Part shown: positions 1 through 10,191 of the stretch, in pieces
Layout: each line of letters opens with the position of its first letter
Position numbering within the stretch: the first letter of the stretch is position 1
Source of the DNA: Archangium sp.
Lineage (GTDB): Bacteria; Myxococcota; Myxococcia; Myxococcales; Myxococcaceae
Direction: 5' to 3'
Length of the DNA stretch: 31,189 nucleotides
Assembly: GCA_031367385.1 (NCBI GenBank)
Contig: JANLPS010000077.1
Coordinates: 1-31,189 of the forward strand
Made by a program: the position numbers and the translations under genes
Notes under the pieces: model-generated
Database searches by the model: none
The model's input: only the letters and a program-made list of their open reading frames with translations
What the model was told of the DNA's origin: nothing

Positions 1-524
1 GCCTTGGCGCGAATCTTCGCGAAGGTCTCGAGCTTGGTGCCGTATTTCTTCATGTGGGCCAGGCCCGCCCCACCGAAGTAGCGCAGCGCGAGGGGTATGT
101 TGGGCATGCCGACCAGCTCGTCACAGAGCTTGTCGAACGCGTCGAAGGGGCTCGGGCGGTCAGTGAACACCGAGGCCAGCGCACCGGGCTTCATCTGTTC
201 GAAGCCCAGCGCGAGCACGCACTCGGCCGCCCCAGAGGCGATGGCCTGGCGCGCGAGAAAGAGCGCGGTCGAGCCGGTCGAGCAGTTGTTGTTCACATTG
301 ATGACGGGGATGCCGGTCATGCCCAGCGGGTAGAGCGCCAATTGCCCGCAGGTCGAGTCACCGTAGACGTACCCGGCGTAAGCCTGCTCGACTTGGGAGT
401 AAGCAACGCCCGCATCGGTGAGCGCCAACTTGGCGGCCTCGGTGCCCATCTCGTTGTACGGCTTGCTGGCGCCCGGCTTGAGAAACGGAATCATGCCGAC
501 GCCGGCGACGAAGACCTTGCTCAT
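1..524 (-). CDS. SCP2/lipid-transfer-type thiolase (N-terminal part; runs off the window edge)
   Basis: Not in the ORF track. My translation from ATG 524 (GAGGAG RBS upstream) gives MSKVFVAGVGMIPF...GDSTCGQ...VINVNNNCSTGSTALFLARQAI...LALGFEQM, the typical SCP2-thiolase N-terminus with the NCSTG catalytic Cys. Confidence 0.9.
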   Translation of the reverse strand, partial: MSKVFVAGVGMIPFLKPGASKPYNEMGTEAAKLALTDAGVAYSQVEQAYAGYVYGDSTCGQLALYPLGMTGIPVINVNNNCSTGSTALFLARQAIASGAAECVLALGFEQMKPGALASVFTDRPSPFDAFDKLCDELVGMPNIPLALRYFGGAGLAHMKKYGTKLETFAKIRAK

Positions 525-543
525 GATGCTCCTCGTAAATCAT

Positions 544-565
544 AAACCACTCGCGTGACTGGTTT
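544..565. promoter_or_regulatory. Imperfect palindrome, candidate repressor operator upstream of the thiolase
   Basis: AAACCActcgcgtgacTGGTTT has 18/22 positions self-complementary and lies 20 nt upstream of the thiolase ATG. Confidence 0.4.
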
Positions 566-783
566 TGTCGCGTTCGAGCGCTCGCCTCGACCGTCTCGAG
601 AGACAGACCTGAATCTGCGCTCAGCCCTCATCGCCGACGTGGCCATCGAGGCGATGCTGGCGATCGCCCGCGGGCAGCTCTAAGCGCCCTGATTCAGGGC
701 CCCGGGCGCTCTCGGCTATTGAGAAAAGCTCAACCATCACCGGCAGTTGCAACTCATGGGCAGGGGTTTTCGACAACCTCTGC

Positions 784-1806
784 ATGGCCAACGACATCTC
801 CCGAGTGAAGAGTGATTTCGCCGCAGCCGCGAAGGACAAGACGATCACCGAGCCCGAAGCGAAGAGCATCATTCGGCGGGTGCGCGAGAACAAGCTGACC
901 GAGTCTGAGGCCAAGACCTTTCGGCGCGAGATGGCGCTGAACAAAGACCTCTTCAACCCGGGCGCCACGGTCATCTTCGCCGACTTCGCCAAGATCATTC
1001 GCCGCAACACGGTGCTCGATGCCGGCCCGCGCCCGAACCCGGGTGGCTTGCCCGACCCGACTCCGGCCGCCGCCGACGTTGACCGGTTGGAGCAAGAGAT
1101 GGTCAAGAACGCCGAGCTCTTTCGCAACGGCATCAACGCGAAAGACCCCGAGCAGCTCTACCTGGGCGACTGCTTTCTGGTCGCGGCGATGAGCGCGGTG
1201 GCCTTCGCGCACCCCGAGGTGATCAAGAAGGCGTTCAAGAAGGTCGGCGACAACTACGAAGTCTCGATGTTCACCAAGCGAGGCGCGGTCGAGAAGGTCA
1301 CCATCGACACCGACCTGCCGCGCAACAGCTGGTACGGCTGGTACTACGCCCGCGCGCACGACTCGAAAGAGATCTGGCCCGCGCTGCTCGAGAAGGCGTT
1401 CGCCGCGAAGGCCGGCAACAGCTACGAAGGCATCAACGGCGGGTTGTCTGGCGACGCGATGCAGCAGCTGACCGGCAAGAAGTCGGTCGACACGCTCACC
1501 CGGGGCGGCGGCATCAAAGAAGACGTGATGTTCGCGAAGATCAAAGCGGCGGTCGATGCCAAAAAGCCGACCACTGCCGCGACCTACGGCGACAGCTCGG
1601 CCGCGAAGTATACCGGCACCAACATTCACACTGATCACACCTACGTGGTGCTGGGCACGTCGCGCGAAGGCGGCGTGAACTACGTCAAGCTGCGCAACCC
1701 GTGGGGCAGCAGCGAGCCCGTCGGCAATGGGCGAGACGACGGCATCTTCAAGCTCGACATGCCGACGTTCATGAAGTTGTTCTGGGGCATCTCGGTCAAC
1801 GGCTGA
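784..1806 (+). CDS. Calpain-family (peptidase C2) cysteine protease
   Basis: QLYLGDCF (oxyanion Gln and catalytic Cys), WPALLEKAFA, DHTYV (His), LRNPWG (Asn), GIFKL. No obvious signal peptide. Confidence 0.9.
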   Translation: MANDISRVKSDFAAAAKDKTITEPEAKSIIRRVRENKLTESEAKTFRREMALNKDLFNPGATVIFADFAKIIRRNTVLDAGPRPNPGGLPDPTPAAADVDRLEQEMVKNAELFRNGINAKDPEQLYLGDCFLVAAMSAVAFAHPEVIKKAFKKVGDNYEVSMFTKRGAVEKVTIDTDLPRNSWYGWYYARAHDSKEIWPALLEKAFAAKAGNSYEGINGGLSGDAMQQLTGKKSVDTLTRGGGIKEDVMFAKIKAAVDAKKPTTAATYGDSSAAKYTGTNIHTDHTYVVLGTSREGGVNYVKLRNPWGSSEPVGNGRDDGIFKLDMPTFMKLFWGISVNG

Positions 1807-1811
1807 ACGAC

Positions 1812-3311
1812 GTGTTGCTGACGCTGCGACGAGACGTGAGCTTGGCGGTGTTGGCCCAGGCCCGCTCGGAGGCAGATCACCACGAAGATCTGGGCTGCAG
1901 CATTCTGGGCCCAGCCTCGCGACCGGTTCGACGTGCGCACCTGGCGTTGAAACGTCAGGTGCATGCGCTCGGCGCCGAAGCGTCGCTGCGACTCGCGCCG
2001 AAGCTGGTGCGCTGGCTGGAGGACACGCCGGCCTACCGTGCGCTGGCGCGTGGCAAGCAACGCCGCGGCGGTCGCCTGATTCTTCGCGATGAGGTACTGA
2101 CCTTCGACACCGAGCGGCATCGACCCCGCGTGCTGCACCTGCGCCGCGAGGCCCTCGGGCTCGATGTGCCGGTGCGCGCTGCCGACTGGCCGCTCTACAG
2201 CCTGTTCTTCACAGCGTTGGCTCGAGGGGCGACGAAGACAGAGCTGCGCGGGTTGCTGCCTGAGTTGCTCGAGACGTTGCTCGGGGCGAAGTGGTTGGAG
2301 CGGTTCGAGGCGCCCATCAAGGCGCCCACGCCCGGAGTGATCTTCATCGGTCACAACACCACGCTGGTCAGCAGCAAGACCACGCGCGTATTGGTCGACC
2401 CCTATTTTCGCCCGGCGTCGATGCTCGACTTGCCGAGCTACCAGCCGATGCAGCCACGAGACGTGGGCCCGGTCGACGCGGTGGTGATTACCCACTCGCA
2501 CGGAGACCACTTTCACTTGGGCTCGCTGCTCCAGCTCTCGCGAGACACCCACATCTTCGTGCCACCGGTGGAGCGGGAGACGCTGTTCTCGACCGACTGT
2601 GTGCGACGCCTGGAGCAACTGGGGTTCACCCGCGTCGAAGCGTTGCCTTGGTACGAGAGCCGCAAAGTTGGTGATCTCGAGGTGCACGCCCTGCCCTTCT
2701 ACGGAGAGCAGCCGACCAGCGGCGAGGGTGTGTACCCCGGTCTGTTCAACATCGGCAGCACCTGGGCGATTCGAGGGCCTGGCGTCTCGTGCGCCTTCTT
2801 TGCCGATGCTGGCGCAGACGCTCGCGGCTCGATGCGAACGGTGTGCAAGAAGGTCTCGCCGGTCGAGCTCTTGTTCTGCGGGGTGCGCGGGTTTCGGGTG
2901 AAGCCGATCTTCTTCTCGTTCACCACGCTCGACGCGTATCTGGTGAACGTGCCGATGGCTGACGTGACGACGCCGCAGCAGCTGATGGCCGACGCCGCTG
3001 AAGCGCTCGAGTATGGCCGGTTGTTGAAGGCCCGCCGGGTCGTGCCGTGTGCCGATGGTGGGGCGCCCTGGTATTGGCGCGAAGGCATGGGGCCCCGGTA
3101 TGCGGGCTACCCCGGAGTGCCCGTCGAAGGCGCCTCGACCCACGACGAGAACGATGATGCCGACCCATTTCCTGAAGTGTTGAGCGTGCTTGCACCGAAG
3201 CGGGCGTTGCTGCTGAGACCAGGCGACTCGTGGAATGGAGCGGTCTCGCGCGTGGCTCCGTTCGAATGGCCCGGGTGGGTCGCGCCTACAAGCGGCCCAG
3301 CGAAGCGATGA
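1812..3311 (+). CDS. MBL-fold metalloenzyme with N-terminal extension, CmlA-like diiron hydroxylase type
   Basis: GHNT..VLVDPY, THSHGDH (HxHxDH), PFYGEQ, FFADAG, DGGAPW. Start placed at GTG 1812 (in frame with ORF 1701..3311) to avoid a 106-nt overlap with the calpain gene. Confidence 0.8.
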   Translation: MLLTLRRDVSLAVLAQARSEADHHEDLGCSILGPASRPVRRAHLALKRQVHALGAEASLRLAPKLVRWLEDTPAYRALARGKQRRGGRLILRDEVLTFDTERHRPRVLHLRREALGLDVPVRAADWPLYSLFFTALARGATKTELRGLLPELLETLLGAKWLERFEAPIKAPTPGVIFIGHNTTLVSSKTTRVLVDPYFRPASMLDLPSYQPMQPRDVGPVDAVVITHSHGDHFHLGSLLQLSRDTHIFVPPVERETLFSTDCVRRLEQLGFTRVEALPWYESRKVGDLEVHALPFYGEQPTSGEGVYPGLFNIGSTWAIRGPGVSCAFFADAGADARGSMRTVCKKVSPVELLFCGVRGFRVKPIFFSFTTLDAYLVNVPMADVTTPQQLMADAAEALEYGRLLKARRVVPCADGGAPWYWREGMGPRYAGYPGVPVEGASTHDENDDADPFPEVLSVLAPKRALLLRPGDSWNGAVSRVAPFEWPGWVAPTSGPAKR

Positions 3312-4595
3312 GCTGGCTGCGAGCGATGGCCAGGTTCGCCTTGGCCTGAACGACCTGGGCTTCGGCGCTGGTCGAGGCGATCTGCGCGTCACCGAGCTCG
3401 ATCGAGCTGCCTGCTCCGGCGCGGTAGCGGCCTTCAGCGAGGCGCAGTCTTTCACGGGCGGCGTCGACGGCCTCACCAGCGACCTCGACGGCTTCTTTGG
3501 CGGCGGCGACTCCGAGCACGGCGGTCTCGACGTCGAGCCTGACTTGCAACCGCAACCCATCGCGTTGCGCCTCGAGCTGGCGCAGCACCGCTTCACCCTC
3601 GCGGAGCTGACCGTTGGTCAAGCCTCCTTGAAAAATCGGCCAATTGAGCACCAGCTGCCCCGACATGTTCGGCACGGGTTTGTCGAGTGAGGGCGCCGCG
3701 ACGGTGCCGCTGACGACCGCGCTCAAGGTCGGCAGGTACGCGCCGCGAGTAGCGCGGTTCAGATAGTCTTGCGCCTTCACCTGACCCTCGAGCGCCACGG
3801 CTTCAGGCCTCGAGGTGAGCGCTTCTTGAAGCAAGCCGTCAGCGGTCTTTTCTTCACCTTCAACGGGTATCGCCGGGTCGCCGACGACGTCGTAGGTGAC
3901 CGGGCCTTCGATGCCCATCGCCTGGTTCAGCCGCGCGCGGGCCACCGAGTAATTATTCGTGGCATTCACGAGTGATAACCGCGCGTTCGCTCGCTCCGAC
4001 TTGCTCTGCGCGAGGTCGATTTCAGGCCGGGTACCGACGGTCACGAACCCTTGAATCTGCTGCAAGTGCGCTTCGGTGTTGGCCAACGTTGCCTTGGCCA
4101 CCGCGACCAGATCTTTCTGGGCCCTCGCGGTGTGCCAGGCCGTTCGCACATTGAGAATCGCAGCGACCTCTGCGGCATGTACCTGGGCGGCCTGCGCATC
4201 GGCGATCGAGAGCGAGGCTTTGTACCGGTTCCAGTTCTGCAGAAAGTCCCACAGGGTCGCGGAGGCGATCAGGCTGCCCGAGAAATAATCGTACGAGTTG
4301 AAGGTGATGACCGAGGTCGTGGTCGCAGTGCTGCTGGTGTTGCTCGACACGGTGCCTTGCTGCGCCACGAAGTTACCGGTCGCGCGGCGATAGGCGAGCT
4401 GCGCGGTCACGGTTGGTAAAATCGGAGCGAACGATTGCTCGGTGCGCGCCACCGCCGCCTCGCTCACCGCACGGGCCTGACGCAACGTCGGCTGCGTGTC
4501 TTTCGCGTGCGCCACAGCCTCTTCGAGCGACACCGAATCAGGCAGCTCGGCCCACGCCGCAGATGCCACGAGCAAGACCACGATCAGAGTCGATT

Positions 4596-4599
<4 letters not shown>
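3286..4599 (-). CDS. TolC-family outer membrane efflux protein
   Basis: Signal peptide MKSTLIVVLLVASAAWA, two OEP repeats (WPIFQGG; RYRAGAGSSIEL). ATG 4599 overlaps the permease stop (ATGA). Confidence 0.9.
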
Positions 4600-5815
<1,216 letters not shown>

Positions 5816-5819
<4 letters not shown>

Positions 5820-6535
5820 TCGGTCTCTCCGGCGGTCACGATCGCGCGAACCGGTTCTTGTTTGACGTCGCTGAGCATGTGGCCGTCGCGCATCACAATC
5901 ACTCTGCGCGCATATGAAGCGACATCAGGCTCGTGGGTGACCAGCACGACGGTGATGCCGGTGTCACCGAGGCTTTGGAGCAGAGCCATCAGCTCGACGC
6001 TGGTCTTCGAGTCGAGCGCTCCCGTCGGCTCGTCGGCGAGCAGCAGCGAGGGGCGGTTGACCAATGCCCTGGCCACCGCGACGCGCTGTTGCTGGCCACC
6101 AGAGAGCTGGGAGGGATGGTGATCAAGCCGTTCTCCAAGCCCGACACGCTGCAGTGATTCGGTCGCGCGGGCCTTGCGTTCTTTCGAGCCGACCCCCGAG
6201 TACAGCAGCGGCAGCTCGACGTTCTCGAGCGCGCTGGTTCGTGCCAGCAGGTTAAAGCTTTGAAACACTAAGCCGTGCAGCTGGTTGCGCACACCGGCGA
6301 GCTCGGCGCGGCTGGCGACCGAGACGTCTCGCCCATTGAGCCTGTAGTCACCCGCGGTGGGCCGATCGAGGCAACCGATGATGTTCATCATGGTGCTCTT
6401 GCCCGAGCCCGAGGCGCCCATGATCGCGACGAATTCACCCTTCTCGACGCGCAGAGACACCTTGCGGAGCGCACGCACGTCGACGTCGCCCATGCGGTAG
6501 GTCTTCTCGACGTCGGTGAGCTCGATCAGCGCCAT
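5816..6535 (-). CDS. ABC transporter ATP-binding protein (LolD/MacB type)
   Basis: Walker A GASGSGKST, LSGGQQQRV, LLADEPTGALD, VTHE. Confidence 0.95.
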
Positions 6536-6538
6536 GAC

Positions 6539-7759
6539 TTAGAACATCCGGCGCATGCCGCCAGGAGGGCTGCCGCCCGGCGGAGGCGATGAAGCGGGGC
6601 TCTTGGAGGTGTCGCCGAGGCGATCGGTGATCACCAGATCTCCCTCTTCGAGGCCCGATGAAATCTCGGTGTAGCTGCCGTCGGTGATGCCGGTGGTCAC
6701 CGGTACGGCGACGGGTTGGTCGGCCTTGAGCACGTACACCTGCCGAGGGGGCACTCCACCGTCTGAGCGCCCGCGCTTGCCTCCGCCGCCAGCCGAGGCG
6801 TCGAGCCGAAAACGCAGCGCCGCGTTCGGCACCCGAATGACGTCATCGGCCCGCGCGTAGATGAAGGTGACATTCGCGGTCATGCCGGGCCGCAAGAGCA
6901 GCTCGGGGTTGCTGACGTCGATCACCGCGTCGTAGGTCACGACGTTCGAGACCACCTGGGCGGCGAAGCGAATCTGCCGAATGCGGCCATGAAACGGGCG
7001 GTTCGAAAATGCGTCGACCATGAAGGTGGTGTCGAGGCCCTCTTTGAGCTTGCCGACATCGGCCTCGGCGACATTGGTGTCGACCTGCATGCGCGAGAGA
7101 TCTTGCGCGATGGTGAACAACGTTGGAGCCGACAATGAAGCCGCCACGGTCTGCCCCACGTCGATCGCGCGAGAGACGACGGTGCCATCGATGGGTGACG
7201 AGATGGTGGTGTACGACATGTTCACCTCTGCTTGATGACGCTGGGCCCGCGCCTGCGCGACGGTGCCTTCGGCGGCCGCGACCGAGGCCCTCGACACCTC
7301 CGAGGCACCCAACGCCGCGTCGAGATCGGCCTGGGCGATCAGCTTCTGATCAGCGAGCTGCTTGGCGCGCACCAGCTTGCGATCATCATCAGCCGATTGG
7401 GCTTTCGCGCGGGCGAGGTTGCCATCGGCGGCTTGCTCATTGGCCCTGGCCTGCGCGAGCGCGGCGTCGAAGAGCTCAGGGTCGATCTTCGCGAGCACTT
7501 GGCCCTTTTTGACCGGCGAGTTGTAGTCGACGAAGAGCTCTTTGAGGCGACCCGAGACCTGGGTACCGACCTGCACGGTGACCAACGCCGACAGCGTGCC
7601 GGTGGCAGTGACTTTGCCAATCACGTTGCCGCGCTCGACGGCCTGAGTCACGAAGCTGGGCGGCTTGTCACCGCTCGAACGGGTGCGAACGAAGGCAAAA
7701 GCCCCGGCGCCCGCCGCGACGACCAGGCCTCCGATGACCCATTTGGTTAGTGCAGACAT
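6539..7759 (-). CDS. MacA-like efflux periplasmic adaptor subunit
   Basis: N-terminal TM, VQVGTQVSG, SPIDGTV, GQTVAASLSAPTLF, LRPGMTANV. First gene of the operon. Confidence 0.93.
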   Translation of the reverse strand: MSALTKWVIGGLVVAAGAGAFAFVRTRSSGDKPPSFVTQAVERGNVIGKVTATGTLSALVTVQVGTQVSGRLKELFVDYNSPVKKGQVLAKIDPELFDAALAQARANEQAADGNLARAKAQSADDDRKLVRAKQLADQKLIAQADLDAALGASEVSRASVAAAEGTVAQARAQRHQAEVNMSYTTISSPIDGTVVSRAIDVGQTVAASLSAPTLFTIAQDLSRMQVDTNVAEADVGKLKEGLDTTFMVDAFSNRPFHGRIRQIRFAAQVVSNVVTYDAVIDVSNPELLLRPGMTANVTFIYARADDVIRVPNAALRFRLDASAGGGGKRGRSDGGVPPRQVYVLKADQPVAVPVTTGITDGSYTEISSGLEEGDLVITDRLGDTSKSPASSPPPGGSPPGGMRRMF

Positions 7760-7913
7760 GTCAGCTCCCGGGCGGCGAACACCCTCGAGGAGCCTTGGTT
7801 AAGCGGGTTTGCAATGCGAAGAAACGAAATCCTACGAGGGGCCGAATTCACCTGACGATGACCCGCCGACGCCCGGTTTCGTTACCTTGATCAGCGCCGC
7901 CGGGCCCAGAAAG

Positions 7914-9692
7914 TCACTCGTCCATCAGTGATTTCATTGCCGCGTTGTATTGGTCGATCGCCGATCGATCGAGGCCAATCTCACCCAAGGGGTTGCCGCT
8001 GCCCTTGGGCTGCTTGGGCGCACCGGGCTTCTCTTCACCGGTGCCACCGATCAACGCTTCGAGATCAGCCGGGCCGATGTCGACGTCGCCGAACTTCTCG
8101 TCCCACCAGCGGTGTCGGAGGCGCTCGAGATACGGCCCGTCAGCCTGAGCGATTTTGCCGACCATCGCGGTGAACGTCTTCGCGGTCACCCAGCGGTAGC
8201 GGTTTTCGTCGACGTACTGCCGCAGCGCGCGCTCGTAGACGAGGGGGCCGACGCGATTGCGTACCGCATCGAAGTACAGCGGCGCCTTGCCGTAGATGAG
8301 CCCCGCGTACTCGCCGTTGGTCTTGAAGGTGCTGGTGGGGCGGTTGGCCTTCGCGTCTTCGTGGCCCATCATGCGCATCATCTGAAACGCCATCTTCACC
8401 TGCGAGGTGCGAATCTCCGAGGCGAGCTCGGGCTTGTTCTGCCACTGCATGATCATCAGCGCGAGGGCCTGGGTGAGCGCCTCATCGGCGATGGGTTCTG
8501 CGATCGGGTCTGAGCCCACCAGCATCGCGATGTATTGATGCGCGACCTCGTGATCGACGGTGAACTCGAGCGTGTTGACCAACGTCGCTTGCAGGTATTG
8601 CGCGATGAGGGGCCCAAGCAGTGGGTTCTGCACGACATTCGAAAGACCGCTCACGCCCATCGGGTCGGCCGCCGCGCGGTAGAGGCTGGTCGCGACGGTG
8701 ATCAACCCGGGAAACTCCATGCCGCCCGCCCCGTTCGAGAGGTGCGCCTGGACGACGCGAAACCGCTGATACGGGTATGGGCCGAGCTTGGCCTGAGCGA
8801 CCCGCAGGGCGTTCACCGCATGCTCGAGCACCTGGCGGCCCGACTTCGCCTCTTTGGCGCCGTAGTGTGACTCGACGACGATGTCGCCGACCGTCGCGGT
8901 CGAGACGTTGTACCCGCGCGTGACGAGAATCGGCAGCTCACGCGCCGCGGCCACGGTATAGGTGAAGCGGGTCTTCTGCCCTTCAGCGACTTCGCCCAGC
9001 TGGTTGCCTGGAGCGACGACCGAGTACCCGGTGGGCACGGTCATGCTGATCACGAAGTGCGATGGGTCGAAGGTGCCCAGGTCGCCGATGCCCGAGGGCC
9101 CCTCCGCCAACTTCCCGTCGGGTCGAACGAACGGCATCATCGGCACGATGCCAGCCAGACACGACACACTGGGCGTCGAGGAGTACGCGCCGTAGTCGCC
9201 ACCCCGCTCCTCCATGGCAGACGGGTCCATCGGCAATTCGTCGCCATCGCCGCTCGCGTCAGGCACGGTTGAGCTCACCTTGAGCTCGAGCGTGGCGGTG
9301 CCGCCGACTGGCACGGCGGTGGGCAGCACCACGCGAAAGAGCGAGTCTTCAGGCTGCTCGATTTTCGCCACGGCGCCATTGACCTTCGGAGCGGTGACCT
9401 TCACCAACCCCGCGTTGTTGGCGTTGGGCGTGCTGCGCAAGAAGATCTCGTCGATGGCCTTTTTCTGCGCGCTGACGGTGAGCACGACGGTGCCGCTGAC
9501 CACACGCGTACGCGGGTCGAAGTCGAGCTCGGCGCGATACATCGGGAGGTTGGCGATGGGGCCGAGGGCTTGCTCGACCGACCTGCGCTCACCGTCGCGA
9601 AGCGAGCCAACCGCCAATTGCACATCGCGCGGCAGGGGCTGATCAGTCGCTCCCACCGTGAGCGCCAGGCACATCGTCGAAGCGAGCAGCAT
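7914..9692 (-). CDS. M1-family zinc aminopeptidase, probably exported
   Basis: GGMEF (GxMEN-like), HEVAH-x18-E, YGKA, and a short hydrophobic N-terminus. Confidence 0.88.
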   Translation of the reverse strand: MLLASTMCLALTVGATDQPLPRDVQLAVGSLRDGERRSVEQALGPIANLPMYRAELDFDPRTRVVSGTVVLTVSAQKKAIDEIFLRSTPNANNAGLVKVTAPKVNGAVAKIEQPEDSLFRVVLPTAVPVGGTATLELKVSSTVPDASGDGDELPMDPSAMEERGGDYGAYSSTPSVSCLAGIVPMMPFVRPDGKLAEGPSGIGDLGTFDPSHFVISMTVPTGYSVVAPGNQLGEVAEGQKTRFTYTVAAARELPILVTRGYNVSTATVGDIVVESHYGAKEAKSGRQVLEHAVNALRVAQAKLGPYPYQRFRVVQAHLSNGAGGMEFPGLITVATSLYRAAADPMGVSGLSNVVQNPLLGPLIAQYLQATLVNTLEFTVDHEVAHQYIAMLVGSDPIAEPIADEALTQALALMIMQWQNKPELASEIRTSQVKMAFQMMRMMGHEDAKANRPTSTFKTNGEYAGLIYGKAPLYFDAVRNRVGPLVYERALRQYVDENRYRWVTAKTFTAMVGKIAQADGPYLERLRHRWWDEKFGDVDIGPADLEALIGGTGEEKPGAPKQPKGSGNPLGEIGLDRSAIDQYNAAMKSLMDE

Positions 9693-9757
9693 CGGGTCAG
9701 GCTACACCGGCGCGCAGCCAGTGCCCATTCGCGCCGCACCTGCTATCGCCCGAAGCC

Positions 9758-10153
9758 ATGAACCGGTTGCTCACCACCCTCGCGGCGATTTTCTCATTCA
9801 CCGGAGTCGCCTTCGGAGCGCTCGGCGCTCACGCCTTGAAGTCAGCGGTCGGCGCGATGCCCGACGCAGCAGAACGCCTCGCCTGGTGGGAGACCGCGGC
9901 CCGCTATCACTTGATTCACGCGCTCGGGCTGGGCCTTTTGGCGGTGCTGGCGGGTCATGTTCAGGGCCGAATCACCCGAGTCGCGGCGGCGTGCTTCGTC
10001 GCGGGCATCGCTCTGTTTTCAGGCAGCCTCTACGCGCTGGCCCTGACTGGCACGCGCGCGTTCGGCATGGTGACTCCGTTCGGCGGGCTCGCCTTTCTGG
10101 CCGGGTGGTTGTTGGTAGGTGTTGCTGCGCAAAGGCTCCCGCGCGCGACCTGA
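9758..10153 (+). CDS. DUF423 (YgdD-like) membrane protein
   Basis: GALGAHAL, WETAARYHLIHALGL, LFSGSLYAL, TPFGG. Confidence 0.9.
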   Translation: MNRLLTTLAAIFSFTGVAFGALGAHALKSAVGAMPDAAERLAWWETAARYHLIHALGLGLLAVLAGHVQGRITRVAAACFVAGIALFSGSLYALALTGTRAFGMVTPFGGLAFLAGWLLVGVAAQRLPRAT

Positions 10154-10191
10154 AATGGCGTCGATAACGCAGGCCGTTACACTGCGCGCTC

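Noticed and set aside
54..545. 163-aa plus-strand ORF
   Set aside because: Antisense to the thiolase, which has clear motifs and an RBS.
1701..1811. Upstream extensions given by the ORF track (also for the TolC, gatB, ftsK, sat, methyltransferase and lipoprotein genes)
   Set aside because: They overlap neighbouring genes or promoter regions. Downstream starts fit coupling, RBS or signal-peptide evidence better.
1680..3596. Long antisense or alternate-frame ORFs (e.g. 1680..3596 -, 754..1638 -, 4413..5387 +, 18706..19977 -, 28220..29269 +)
   Set aside because: Shadow ORFs expected from high-GC codon bias. They overlap well-supported genes and show no motifs.
7760..7913. Regulatory motifs or riboswitch upstream of the macA-like gene (AACGAAA inverted pair, TTAACC)
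   Set aside because: Matches are too short to distinguish from chance, and no recognisable RNA family is present.
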